In this document: positions 36,113 to 45,133 of the stretch, one piece after another
Numbering within the stretch: the first letter of the stretch is position 1
Layout of the letters: each line of letters starts with the position of its first letter
DNA from: an uncultured Actinomycetes bacterium
Lineage (GTDB): Bacteria; Actinomycetota; Thermoleophilia; Solirubrobacterales; Solirubrobacteraceae
Assembly (NCBI GenBank): GCA_963839905.1
Contig: CAWIXC010000004.1
Location: 12,005-76,004, forward strand
Direction: 5' to 3'
Length of the DNA stretch: 64,000 nucleotides
Translations under genes and position numbers: made by a program
Notes under the pieces: generated by a model
Told to the model about the DNA's origin: nothing
The model's database searches: none
What the model saw: only the letters and a program-made list of their open reading frames with translations

Positions 36113-36445
36113 GTGCTGGTAGCCGAGACCCTGGGGGCGCTGTCTCTCAGCCATGCGCCGCTCCTTGCTCATCCGTCACACACGCTGTGGCACGAGGTCG
36201 GCGTCTGGCTGGACGTACGAAACGCGGTGGCGCACGAAGGCCTCTGGGCCCCGCAGCCGCACGTTTCGAGTGACCCCAGTGCGCAACGACGAGTAACCGA
36301 AGCATTTGAGACCGTCGCACGCGGGGGCGGCCTTGACGCTGGAACCATCGCCTACACCGACACCTGCTCGGCAGCCGCCGAAGCCGTACTACGCGCTGCG
36401 GTCCTCGGCACTTTCGTGATTCGTAGACCCGACGACCTTCTCTGA
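36113..36445 (+). CDS. Possible 5'-truncated gene encoding an Rx4H (HEPN-like) motif protein
   Basis: 110-codon ORF with GTG start. ...WHEVGVWLDVRNAVAHEGL... contains RNAVAH. It lies immediately downstream of the IS1380/IS3 scar, so the N-terminus may be missing. Confidence 0.35.
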   Translation: MLVAETLGALSLSHAPLLAHPSHTLWHEVGVWLDVRNAVAHEGLWAPQPHVSSDPSAQRRVTEAFETVARGGGLDAGTIAYTDTCSAAAEAVLRAAVLGTFVIRRPDDLL

Positions 36446-36486
36446 AGCGTGCATGATCAGGTCCCCTCGACGAAAGGACTGCTCTG

Positions 36487-36702
36487 ATGTCCAGTAATCA
36501 CTATGCCGACGCGATACGTCTTCTTGACTTCGCGTCGAAGAAGCTGTCTCCGGGCGCAGATCCGAAAGGCCCGGCGCCAGATCCCATCGCTTGGGCGCAG
36601 GCGGCAGCTACAGCAGGGGTGGGCAAGGCTCTGCTCGCGCTCTTGGATCATCTGGCACTCGCCGAGACGCACAAGCAGGATCCCGCGGCTCCGCCGTCGT
36701 AG
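36487..36702 (+). CDS. Small hypothetical protein
   Basis: 71 aa. ATG follows AAAGGA. Helical, no family recognised. Confidence 0.45.
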   Translation: MSSNHYADAIRLLDFASKKLSPGADPKGPAPDPIAWAQAAATAGVGKALLALLDHLALAETHKQDPAAPPS

Positions 36703-36835
36703 CGGGCCTCGGGTCGAGGGGGCGGCGGCTCATCCTGCGCGCGATAACGACGATTCTGTCAACCGTACTTGACATGTCGATCAGGGTGCCCGAGCGGGGT
36801 GCGCGTCGCTTCCTCGGGTTCGCGATGATGGCAAG

Positions 36836-37783
36836 ATGGCTCGTGAGAAACGAACGCGCCACCGGGGCGCCGACGTCGGCCCCAGTGCATACGGCGCGTA
36901 CCTCCAGCCTGCGCGGCTGTGTGGCCTCGAGCTTCCGAATCCGGAAGACCAAGGCGGCGACCGGCTCGTAATAGAGGCTGCCCGATCGAAGGGTACGCAC
37001 GTCCATTGGCGCACGACGCTTGGTGACGTCGATGTCCTCCTGACCTATGGAGGCGGCGTGTTCGCATTGTTCCCGAGGCAGCCGGTACCGAACGACCCAA
37101 CCACGCACATGGAGGAGGAGCGTCGGCGGACCGTCGATCTGCTCAACATGGTGGTCTGCGAGCTGGCTCTTGCGTGCGGAGTGGCATGCAACGCCTTCAG
37201 CGTGTCGGACCTCGGTGGCGCCATGTATTCGGAGAATCCAGAACAGGTGTACACCTGGGTGGCGACCCGACCCTACGCGCCCGCGAGTCTGCGTCAGGAA
37301 GCAGATATGCGGGATGGTTCGGACTGGGTAACCGGCTGGGAGCGATCATCTGCAGACGAGATCGCAGCCCTCACGCACCTCCCGTATGCCCGAGCGCTGC
37401 GCGGCATTACGACGGACCTGCCCGCTCTGGTTGCCGGCGCAGTCGGGCACTACCATCGGGGGCGCCCGTCAGAGGCAACCCTTTTTGGCTGGATGGTGTG
37501 CGAGCGGCTCGTACATCACGGGTGGGAAACACGAATCGCCGCCTCCACCGCGCGGACCAGGCACCCCCGCGACGCCCGAACGCGCACCGCAGCGTTCCGT
37601 ATTGAGGATATGCGGCGCAAGGGCTGGCTGAGCGATACAGACTTCGATCTGCTGTCAGCCGCCCGCCGAGCACGCAACCAGCAGGCACACAACAGAGCGG
37701 CCTCCGCCGACGACGCAAAGACGACAGTCCTGGCGATGCTCGCGACTCTCGAGCACGTCCTCGTCCGGGACGCGGGCCTGTAG
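36836..37783 (+). CDS. Hypothetical protein with C-terminal Rx4H (HEPN/DUF4145-like) motif
   Basis: 315-codon ORF. C-terminus ...DFDLLSAARRARNQQAHNRAASADDAKTTVLAMLATLEHVL contains RNQQAH. Start uncertain; ATG 37109 (MEEERRR...) is an alternative. Confidence 0.5.
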   Translation: MAREKRTRHRGADVGPSAYGAYLQPARLCGLELPNPEDQGGDRLVIEAARSKGTHVHWRTTLGDVDVLLTYGGGVFALFPRQPVPNDPTTHMEEERRRTVDLLNMVVCELALACGVACNAFSVSDLGGAMYSENPEQVYTWVATRPYAPASLRQEADMRDGSDWVTGWERSSADEIAALTHLPYARALRGITTDLPALVAGAVGHYHRGRPSEATLFGWMVCERLVHHGWETRIAASTARTRHPRDARTRTAAFRIEDMRRKGWLSDTDFDLLSAARRARNQQAHNRAASADDAKTTVLAMLATLEHVLVRDAGL

Positions 37784-37886
37784 CTGTGCGGCCCTGCGGA
37801 CACGTCATTTTCATGCTCGATAACAGTCCTTCTGTAAACCCGCTGACGGCGACAAGCCGTGGTCGGCCGCGGGCGTGATGCGAGGG

Positions 37887-38162
37887 TTAGGCGTGTGTCG
37901 TGTCGCCAAAGCGCTGGCGAGCTGCTTGTCTGGAGACGCCGAGCGCGACCGCGATCTGGTTCCACGACCTGCCGTGCGCGCGGGCCACCTCGATCGCCTC
38001 GCGCAGGCGGGCCTCGTCGGCCCGCACGGCCTCTGAAACGGAAGCGATCTGACGTAGGTCGTCGGTGAGATCGACCCGCGCGGTCGCGGGATCTAGATCG
38101 TCGGCGAGTTGCTCAAATCGCGTCGCGGCTTGTTCGATCTCGTCGTCTGTGTGTCGCATCAT
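37887..38162 (-). CDS. HTH-domain protein, putative antitoxin/regulator of the adjacent small gene
   Basis: 91 aa. C-terminal sigma-region-4-like HTH (HGRSWNQIAVALGVSRQAARQRF). 10-nt gap from the upstream small gene. Confidence 0.6.
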   Translation of the reverse strand: MMRHTDDEIEQAATRFEQLADDLDPATARVDLTDDLRQIASVSEAVRADEARLREAIEVARAHGRSWNQIAVALGVSRQAARQRFGDTTHA

Positions 38163-38172
38163 GATCAGCTCT

Positions 38173-38403
38173 TCATCTGAGAAAGCGGTAGAAGGTGGAT
38201 CGGAGCGCCATTGCGTGAATGAGGACGGGATCCTCGCCGTCGATATCGAGGACGCCGATCTCTAGCAGCGCTCCGTCGCCGGCCGGCCCGATCAGCATCG
38301 TCAGGTCATCGTCCATGACCACGCGCCGCATCGCGGTGCGGACAGCGTGCAACATGTCGTCATCGGCTACGCCGTGCTTACGGGCTGGCACGCCGATCCG
38401 CAC
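38173..38403 (-). CDS. Small putative toxin-like protein (first gene of a two-gene TA-like cassette)
   Basis: 76 aa with GTG start. ...ARKHGVADDDMLHAVRTA...DDDLTMLIGPAGDGALLEIGVLDIDGEDPVLIHAMALR resembles small actinobacterial proteins that pair with HTH partners (BrnT/DUF497-like topology). Assignment is by resemblance only. Confidence 0.5.
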   Translation of the reverse strand: MRIGVPARKHGVADDDMLHAVRTAMRRVVMDDDLTMLIGPAGDGALLEIGVLDIDGEDPVLIHAMALRSTFYRFLR

Positions 38404-38425
38404 TTAGACAACGTAGCTTGTCTAA
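38404..38425. promoter_or_regulatory. Perfect palindrome (candidate operator) abutting the start of the TA-like cassette
   Basis: TTAGACAA-cgtagc-TTGTCTAA: 8-bp perfect arms and a 6-nt spacer, immediately 5' of GTG 38403 on the coding strand. Confidence 0.5.
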
Positions 38426-38742
38426 GCCCGGGCGTCAACGATGAGGCTTGAATTGAAGCGAGGTCGCCGGTACTGGCCCAGGGCGCGGCCGTCTCGCAGT
38501 CCCGGTTTTGAACGCTCGTGCCCGTCCACGTGGTCGACTTCGCCCGTGTGACCAGACAAATGAGCCCCGCGACAGCGGGCCGGGCTCACGCCGAGCGCGG
38601 TTGATCGTGACGTCCAAACGCGCCTCGTCTTCTCCTAAGGAAGGTGGCATCGCCTGGCGAAGATCAGGCGCCGGTCACCTTGGAGCTCCGACGATTCATC
38701 ACGAGCCGTCGATGTCGTGTCCCCCCGGATCGCTTGCTCCGC

Positions 38743-39525
38743 CTAGTGGTCGCGGTCGCGCGGGACCTCGCCCGGACGCAGCGGCGCGTCGGGTGGGTCG
38801 TCGACGACGACCCTCGCGTCCTCGCGCCGGACGGCGCGGTCGCGTGGTGGGCGTGGCTTGCCGGCGGTGGCGGCATCGGTCCTCGCCGTCCGCGTTGGCT
38901 CGATGACCTCCGCATCGGCGGGCGTGTCCGAGCGTGGTGGGCGCGGCTCTGCACGAACCACCGATGTGGGCGCGTCTGACCACGAGACGAGCTCGGTGCT
39001 GTCCTCGCTGCCGTCGTCGGACGTCGTGCGCGGGCGGCGCGGCGCGCGCGCTGGCGCCGCCGGCCGCGAAGCCGCTCGCATCCGCTGTCCGGCGTACGCG
39101 AGCGCGCCGGCCGCGACGAACGCGACGAAGAAGCCCCACTGGATCCCCACAGTGCCGGCGTCACCGCTGACGTCCGGGCGGTCGAACACGCGGTAGAAGA
39201 TCAGCGCGCTCGCCCACAGCCCGGCAGCCAAGATGACCGTCCCGTCGCCGCCCGGCAGGTGAAACTTCCCACCCTCGGCGCGCGCGAGCACGAGCACGAG
39301 CACGCCCGCGGACACGAGGAAGATCGCCGCTTCGACGAACGACACCGCGCCGAATGCGCTGATCGTGTCCTTCGCGAAGTCCTTGCTGCCCGCCACGACG
39401 ACCGACTTCTCATACCACGGCAGGAACATCGCGACGAGCAGGGCGAGCGCTGCGGCCGCGACAAAGCGCTGGTCGCGATCGAGCGCGCGGCCCGCCGCGC
39501 TCACGCGCGACGCGCGTCCCGTCAC
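38743..39525 (-). CDS. Integral membrane protein with a disordered Pro/Arg/Asp-rich C-terminal tail
   Basis: 260 aa. GTG 39525 overlaps the EVE gene stop (GTGA). Four predicted TM helices (AAAALALLVAMF..., AAIFLVSAGVLVLVLA..., VILAAGLWASALIFY..., GFFVAFVAAGALAYA). Confidence 0.65.
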   Translation of the reverse strand: MTGRASRVSAAGRALDRDQRFVAAAALALLVAMFLPWYEKSVVVAGSKDFAKDTISAFGAVSFVEAAIFLVSAGVLVLVLARAEGGKFHLPGGDGTVILAAGLWASALIFYRVFDRPDVSGDAGTVGIQWGFFVAFVAAGALAYAGQRMRAASRPAAPARAPRRPRTTSDDGSEDSTELVSWSDAPTSVVRAEPRPPRSDTPADAEVIEPTRTARTDAATAGKPRPPRDRAVRREDARVVVDDPPDAPLRPGEVPRDRDH

Positions 39526-39989
39526 GCCGGGACGCCGGCGGCCGCGTGCATGCGCTCCATGAGCAGCGCTGCGTCGGCGTCGGAGACCGTGCGCAGCTGG
39601 CCCTGGAACGCGAGCTTCCAGTGCTGGGACGGCCACTTGCGGATGTGCTCGAGGTCGTCCTTGACGGATTCCGCGGCAAGCCAGCTCGGCTCGGCGAGCA
39701 CGAGCTCGGGCTCGGTGGCAAAGCGCCATGGATACGCGTCGACCTTGCCGGGCTTGCCGGGCCAGATCTTCTCGCGGTCTTCGTAGAGCTCCCCGGTGAT
39801 GCGGATCGCCGCCGCGAAGCGCATGACCTTCGTGAGGTAGAGGACGATCCGGTCGCCGGGCTCCATCTGCAGCGCGCGGGCGCGGTTTCGCTCCTTGACG
39901 CCGATGACCTCGAAGCCGCGCTCAGCCGTCGCGACGTGATTGTCGGGCGAGGACGTCAGGATCCACGTGCGCGGGGCGGCGTCGGCCAT
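39522..39989 (-). CDS. EVE (PUA-like) domain protein
   Basis: 155 aa. ...WILTSSPDNHVATAERGFEVIGVKERNRARALQMEPGDRIVLYLTKVMRFAAAIRITGE...YPWRF is typical of EVE/DUF55 domains. Confidence 0.7.
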   Translation of the reverse strand: MADAAPRTWILTSSPDNHVATAERGFEVIGVKERNRARALQMEPGDRIVLYLTKVMRFAAAIRITGELYEDREKIWPGKPGKVDAYPWRFATEPELVLAEPSWLAAESVKDDLEHIRKWPSQHWKLAFQGQLRTVSDADAALLMERMHAAAGVPA

Positions 39990-40067
39990 CGGCCGGATTG
40001 TACGCGCGCCATACCCCGGTCCGCCGAACCTCGCGAAGCCTCGCTGCGATCCTCCGCGCCCGCCGGC

Positions 40068-41630
40068 TCAGCCCCGCTTCTTCAGAACCTCGAGCTCGCC
40101 CTTCGTGGTGGCGACGTTGCCCGCGAGGTCGGTGGCGCGCACCTGCACGACGAACGCCTCGCCGGCCTGCGGCTTCGCCCAGCGCAGCGAGCGCCGGCCG
40201 CTGCCCAGCCGCGCGGACAGCACCGTGAACGTGCGCCCGTCGCGAACGACGGCGAGCTTGACGTATGACGGCTTGGACAGCGTGAACCGCAACGCCGCCG
40301 GCTTGCCCGCGCGCACCCGCCGCGAGACGAGCTTCACGACCGGGGACTGGCTGAGATAGCTCGTCCAGCGCTGCGCGGCGCTGCAGTACGGCGCCGCATC
40401 CGGGACCGGCGCGGCCGGCTGGGCCGGTGGGGCCCCTGGCACCGAGCCTCCCGTCTGCGGCGCGCCGGCGGCCGCGCCCGGCGCCGGGCGCGTCGCGTCC
40501 TCCTTCAGGCGCGAGCAGAGGTTCCCGAGGAAGTCGCGCGCGAGCTTGTGGTAGCCGAGGTCGGCCTCGGTGTGCAGCGAGTAGCGCGACCACGCGCCCG
40601 TGTCGTAGGCGGGCAGCTCGGTGCGCAGCTGCGCCTCGCCGGCGGTGAAGAGCGCCATGCCCTCGGCGTCGTGTGCCAGCAGCGCGAAGTCGTGCAGCCC
40701 GTTGACCGCCTGGTTGAAGCCGTTGAGCACGCGCATGCCCGGCGCGAACGAGTAGATGAGGTAGTGCGCGCCTGCCGGGGTGGCGATTCGCACGCCGCTG
40801 GGTGGCGCCGTCCGGAAGATCCCGAGCGCGGCGCGCGCCGCCTCGAAGTAGCGCGGCTGGGCGAGCCGGATCGCGCCGCGGGCGAGCGCTTGGACCCCCG
40901 TGCCCTGCGCCAGCCCGCTCGCCCACGGCGGCCGCCCGCCGTCGAAGTCGAACAGGTACTCGAACGCGATCCCGCCGGCGCGCTGGGCGGCGAGCGCGAG
41001 CGCATCGTCGAGGAGCTTGCGCAGGTCGGTGTCGTGGGTCTTTGACTTCCACAGCGCGTTGGCTTTGCCGAACGTCCCGAGCCACTGGATCTGCAGGCCC
41101 TCGCCCGTGTAGTACTGCCACACGATCGGGCTGCCCTGAAAGCTCACGCGCTGGCCGTAGCTCAGCAGCCGGCCGTTCGCCCACCACTGGCGGTTGCGCG
41201 CGACGGTGGTGAACAGCGCGGGCAGCCTCGAGGCCGTGAGGTCGCCGCGGGCGGCGACGTCGTCGAGGTTGCGCAGCACCGCGCCAAGCTCGGCGCGGCG
41301 CGTGCCGCTGAGATTGCGCTGCAGCTTGCGCGCGTCGAGGTAGGTGCGCAGGCGGTCGTCGTAGGCGGCGCGGTCGATCGCCGCGGCGGCGAGCATCCGG
41401 GAGAGCTCGCCGCGGACGGTGCGCTTCGCGGCCGCGGCGCGGACGCCACCACCGGTCCTTGGCGCCCGAGCCTTCGTTGGCAGCGCGGCGGGCGTCGCGG
41501 GCAGGTACGGGTCGTCGCGCGCGACGGTCTTGCCGTCGTGGCGGAGGGTCAGGAGCGGCGAGGCCGAGGCGGTGGCGGGCAGTGCGACCGCCAGCGTCCA
41601 CACGACCCACACAACTGAGGTGCGGCGCAC
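40068..41630 (-). CDS. Secreted D-glucuronyl C5-epimerase C-terminal-domain-like protein
   Basis: 520 aa from GTG 41630 (VRRTSVVWVVWTLAVALPATASA signal). Central WASGLAQGTGVQALARG ... LNGFNQAVNGLHDFA segments resemble the C5-epimerase C-terminal domain. The longer track ORF (to 42938) is an artefact. Confidence 0.55.
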   Translation of the reverse strand: MRRTSVVWVVWTLAVALPATASASPLLTLRHDGKTVARDDPYLPATPAALPTKARAPRTGGGVRAAAAKRTVRGELSRMLAAAAIDRAAYDDRLRTYLDARKLQRNLSGTRRAELGAVLRNLDDVAARGDLTASRLPALFTTVARNRQWWANGRLLSYGQRVSFQGSPIVWQYYTGEGLQIQWLGTFGKANALWKSKTHDTDLRKLLDDALALAAQRAGGIAFEYLFDFDGGRPPWASGLAQGTGVQALARGAIRLAQPRYFEAARAALGIFRTAPPSGVRIATPAGAHYLIYSFAPGMRVLNGFNQAVNGLHDFALLAHDAEGMALFTAGEAQLRTELPAYDTGAWSRYSLHTEADLGYHKLARDFLGNLCSRLKEDATRPAPGAAAGAPQTGGSVPGAPPAQPAAPVPDAAPYCSAAQRWTSYLSQSPVVKLVSRRVRAGKPAALRFTLSKPSYVKLAVVRDGRTFTVLSARLGSGRRSLRWAKPQAGEAFVVQVRATDLAGNVATTKGELEVLKKRG

Positions 41631-41696
41631 GCCCCCGATGCTAGGTTGCCGATGTCCCCGTCGCTGCAGTTGTCGTTGCAGGAAAGGCCTCCCACC

Positions 41697-42716
41697 GTGC
41701 ACCGCCCGACCCTCCGCGCCGCGCTCCTCCTCGTCTGCGCCACGCTGTGCGCAGGCCTGCTGTCGGCCTGCGGCGAGGCCGACGACGCGCCCGACGCCGC
41801 GGCCGCGAGCTCGGTCTCCCAGACCCTCGACGCGACGTCGAAGCTCGACAACGCGCACCTCACCGCGAGCTTCGAGCTCGCGCCCGACGGCCTGGTCGCG
41901 CTCGGCGGCCCGATCGCATTCCGCGCCTCCGGCCCGTTCGCCTCGGGCGCCAAGCGCGAGCTGCCGCGCTTCGACTTCGCGATCGCGGGCTCGCTCGCAC
42001 GCAACGCCCTGCGCGCCCGCGCGATCTCCACCGGCAAGCAGGGTTTCCTGCGCATCGACGGCCGCGACTACAAGATCGACCAGGACTTCGTCGACGAGTT
42101 GCTCTCGTTCGACCATGACGGCGCCGGTGCCGGGATCGCCTCGCTCGGCCTGAATCCGAGCGCGTGGGTGAAGGACGCGCGGGCGAACGGCACCGCGGTC
42201 GTCGGCGGTGTCGACACGACCCGCGTCTCCGGTCAGATCGACGTCAAACGCCTGCTCGACGACATCTCCAAGCTGCTTGGCGGGAGCACGGACGGCCTGT
42301 TCGGCAAGAAGTTCCGGGCGCAGATCGAGGACGCCGTGACCGCCACGAAGGTCGACATCTGGTCCGGCGCGCAGGACAGGATCCTGCGCCAGCTCGCGAT
42401 CGTCGTCGACTTGGGGTTCAAGGACGGACAGTCGCCGATCACGGGGCTCGACGGCGGCAAGATCACCCTCCGCGTGCGCCTGGACCGCGTCAACGCCACG
42501 ACCGTCAAGACCGCCGTCCCCAAGCACGCTCGCCCGCTGTCGGAGCTCACCGGCGAAGGCGGCCTCGGCGCGCTGCTGTCCGGCCTCGGCGCCGGGATCG
42601 CGGCCGGGACGGGCGGCGGCGACGACGGTGGCGCGTTCCTGAAGTGCCTGAGCTCCGCCGGTGGCACGACCGCCGACATCGCCAAGTGCGCGTCCAAGCT
42701 CGCACCCGGTCCCTAG
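41697..42716 (+). CDS. Lipoprotein, unknown function
   Basis: Lipobox LLSAC-G. Start GTG 41697 (VHRPTLRAALLLVCATLCAGLLSACG) after GGAAAGG. ATG 41652 and TTG 41646 are alternatives. Confidence 0.6.
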   Translation: MHRPTLRAALLLVCATLCAGLLSACGEADDAPDAAAASSVSQTLDATSKLDNAHLTASFELAPDGLVALGGPIAFRASGPFASGAKRELPRFDFAIAGSLARNALRARAISTGKQGFLRIDGRDYKIDQDFVDELLSFDHDGAGAGIASLGLNPSAWVKDARANGTAVVGGVDTTRVSGQIDVKRLLDDISKLLGGSTDGLFGKKFRAQIEDAVTATKVDIWSGAQDRILRQLAIVVDLGFKDGQSPITGLDGGKITLRVRLDRVNATTVKTAVPKHARPLSELTGEGGLGALLSGLGAGIAAGTGGGDDGGAFLKCLSSAGGTTADIAKCASKLAPGP

Positions 42717-42757
42717 CACCAACGGCCACAACCGTCCGATCCCAATACGCTTCGGCG

Positions 42758-43897
42758 ATGCGCAAGCCCTCTCACGCCGCGATCGGGACGTGGAGCGGCG
42801 GCCGGTACCTGCATTTCGGCGAGCCGATCTCCGAGGAGCGGCTCGAGGCGCTGCTGCGGCCGGGCGACGGTCTCGACACGCTCCTGACCGCGGACGCGTA
42901 TGGATCCGGTGAGGCCGACAGGCTGCTCGGCCGCGCACTGGCGGGCGTCGATCGGGCGGCCTACTGCGTCGTGGGCGCGATCGGGCACGACTTCTACACC
43001 GCCGAGCGCGACGGCGCGAAGGGCTTCCCGCGCTTCACCGACCCGGCGCTCCGCGCGCCGGAGGACTTCGGCGACTACGTCCGGATGGCGACCGAGCGCA
43101 GCCTCGAGCGGCTCGGCATCGACGCCTTCGACGTGCTCCTGCTGCACAACCCCGACCGCACGGGCTACATCAGCGACGCGGTCTGGGACGCCCTGCGGGC
43201 GGTGCGCGACGACGGCCTCGCGCACAGCCTCGGCGTCGCGCCCGGCCCGGCCAACGGCTTCACGCTCGACGTCATCGACTGCCTCGAGCGCTTCGGCGAG
43301 CTCATCGACTGGGCGATGGTCATCCTCAACCCGCTCGAGCCGTGGCCCGGCGAGCTGTGCCTCGCCGCCGCGGCCAAGCACGACGTCGAGGTCATCACCC
43401 GCGTCGTCGACTACGGCGGCATGTTCTGGGACGACGTGCGCCCCGGCCACGACTTCGCGCCCAAGGACCACCGCCTCTACCGCCCCAAGGGCTGGGTCGA
43501 GGCGGGCATCGAGAAGCTCGAGCGTATGCGGCCGATCGCCGAGCGCCACGGCCTCACGCAGATCCAGCTCGCCGCGCAGTGGTGCCTCGCGCACGACCCG
43601 GTCGCGTGCGTCGTTCCCACCCTCATCCAGGAGCCAGGCGGGCGCGCGATCGAGGACAAGCGCGCCGAGCTGCTTGCCACACCGGCGCAGGTGCTGCTCG
43701 ATGCCGACGAGGTGGCACAGCTCCGCGCGACCGGCGACAACGCGGGCAGCATGGCGCTCAAGGGCGCGGGGCCGGACCACGAGGGCGACGCGCGCCCGGA
43801 CCGCTGGGGGATGAGCCCCCACCTCGACGAGGTCGCACGCCGCTGGGGCATCGACCCCGAGCGCGACCTGCGCCAGCTATCGGCCGCCCGTGGCTGA
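42758..43897 (+). CDS. Aldo/keto reductase family oxidoreductase
   Basis: 379 aa from ATG 42758. ...LLTADAYGSGEADRLLGRAL..., SLERLGIDAFDVLLLHNPD, LGVAPGPANGF are AKR-type segments. Confidence 0.75.
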   Translation: MRKPSHAAIGTWSGGRYLHFGEPISEERLEALLRPGDGLDTLLTADAYGSGEADRLLGRALAGVDRAAYCVVGAIGHDFYTAERDGAKGFPRFTDPALRAPEDFGDYVRMATERSLERLGIDAFDVLLLHNPDRTGYISDAVWDALRAVRDDGLAHSLGVAPGPANGFTLDVIDCLERFGELIDWAMVILNPLEPWPGELCLAAAAKHDVEVITRVVDYGGMFWDDVRPGHDFAPKDHRLYRPKGWVEAGIEKLERMRPIAERHGLTQIQLAAQWCLAHDPVACVVPTLIQEPGGRAIEDKRAELLATPAQVLLDADEVAQLRATGDNAGSMALKGAGPDHEGDARPDRWGMSPHLDEVARRWGIDPERDLRQLSAARG

Positions 43898-45119
43898 GCC
43901 CGCCGCCAACGACGGCAAGGCCCCGAAGGAGGGCGGGGGCGACCCCGCGCCCGCACCGAAGGGCGGCCGCGGCAGCGACCCCGCGCCCGTGTCGAACGGA
44001 GGCGCCGGCGGCCTGCGCCGCTTCCTGCTCTCGGGCTCCGGCTGGCCCTACCTGCTCGTCCCGTTCATCCCGATCGCGATCGCGCTCGAGTTCGCGCACG
44101 CCGACGCGGTGCTGATCTTCGCGGCGGCCGCCGCCGGCGTGATCCCGACCGCCGCCCTCATGGGCCGCGCGACGGAGGAGCTCGCGCACCGCGCGGGACC
44201 CGGCATCGGCGGCTTTCTGAACGTCACGTTCGGCAACGCGCCCGAGCTCATCATCGCCTTCTTCGCGCTCAACGAGGGGCTGCAGGAGGTCGTCAAGGCG
44301 TCGCTGATCGGCTCGATCCTCGGCAACATCCTGCTCGTCATGGGCGCCGCGATGCTCGTCGGCGGCCTCAAGCGCAAGCGCCAGACCTTCAACGCGACCG
44401 CGGCGTCGGTGCAGTCCTCGATGCTGCTGCTGGCGGCCGTCGCCCTCGTCATGCCGACGGTCTTCCAGCTCGTCTCCGGCGGCGGCCTGCCGCAGGTCGG
44501 CGAGGAGCGCGTGAACTTCGGATCGGACCTCGAGTCGATGTCGCTGATCGTCTCGCTCATCCTGCTGTCGTCCTACGCCGGCGGCCTGCTGTTCTCGCTG
44601 CGCTCGCACCGTGCGCTCTTCAACCCGACGTCCGAAGCGGAGGAGCACATGGACGAGCCGTGGAGCATCAAGCGGTCGGCCCTGACGCTCGCCGGCGCCG
44701 GCGTCGCGGTCGGCGTCATGTCGGAGATCCTCGTCGGCTCGATCTCCGAGGCCTCGCACACGATCGGCCTCAGCGAGTTCTTCGTCGGCCTGATCGTCGT
44801 GGCGATCGTCGGCAACGCTGCCGAGCACTGGGTCGCGATCTACTTCGCGTCGCGCGACAAGATGGACCTCGCGGTGAACATCGCGATCGGGTCGAGCGCG
44901 CAGATCGCGCTGTTCGCGGCGCCGGTGCTCGTGCTGATCTCCTTCCTCGTCGGCCCGAACCCGATGGCGCTCGTCTTCAACGGGTTTGAGCTCGGCGCGG
45001 TCTTCTTAGCCATCCTCATCGCCAACCACGTCACCCAGGACGGCGAGTCGACGTGGTATGAGGGCGTGCAGCTGCTCGCCGTCTACGCCGTGCTCGGCGT
45101 CGTCTTCTTCTACGCGTAG
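43890..45119 (+). CDS. Ca2+/H+ antiporter (CaCA family, ChaA/Cax-like)
   Basis: 409 aa. Two alpha-repeats, GNAPELIIAFFA and GNAAEHWVAIYFA. About 11 TM helices. GTG start overlaps the upstream stop. Confidence 0.85.
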   Translation: MAEPAANDGKAPKEGGGDPAPAPKGGRGSDPAPVSNGGAGGLRRFLLSGSGWPYLLVPFIPIAIALEFAHADAVLIFAAAAAGVIPTAALMGRATEELAHRAGPGIGGFLNVTFGNAPELIIAFFALNEGLQEVVKASLIGSILGNILLVMGAAMLVGGLKRKRQTFNATAASVQSSMLLLAAVALVMPTVFQLVSGGGLPQVGEERVNFGSDLESMSLIVSLILLSSYAGGLLFSLRSHRALFNPTSEAEEHMDEPWSIKRSALTLAGAGVAVGVMSEILVGSISEASHTIGLSEFFVGLIVVAIVGNAAEHWVAIYFASRDKMDLAVNIAIGSSAQIALFAAPVLVLISFLVGPNPMALVFNGFELGAVFLAILIANHVTQDGESTWYEGVQLLAVYAVLGVVFFYA

Positions 45120-45133
45120 TGGGCGGTCGTTAG

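Noticed and set aside
39922-42938. Extended ORFs 40068..42938(-) (956 aa) and 39922..41610(-)
   Set aside because: Only the C-terminal 520 codons of the first ORF (from GTG 41630, with a signal peptide) look like protein. The upstream extension is antisense to the lipoprotein gene 41697..42716 and is low complexity.
45120-45133. Mn2+ (yybP-ykoY) riboswitch upstream of the TerC-family gene
   Set aside because: Only 14 nt separate it from the preceding antiporter gene, so there is no room for the aptamer.
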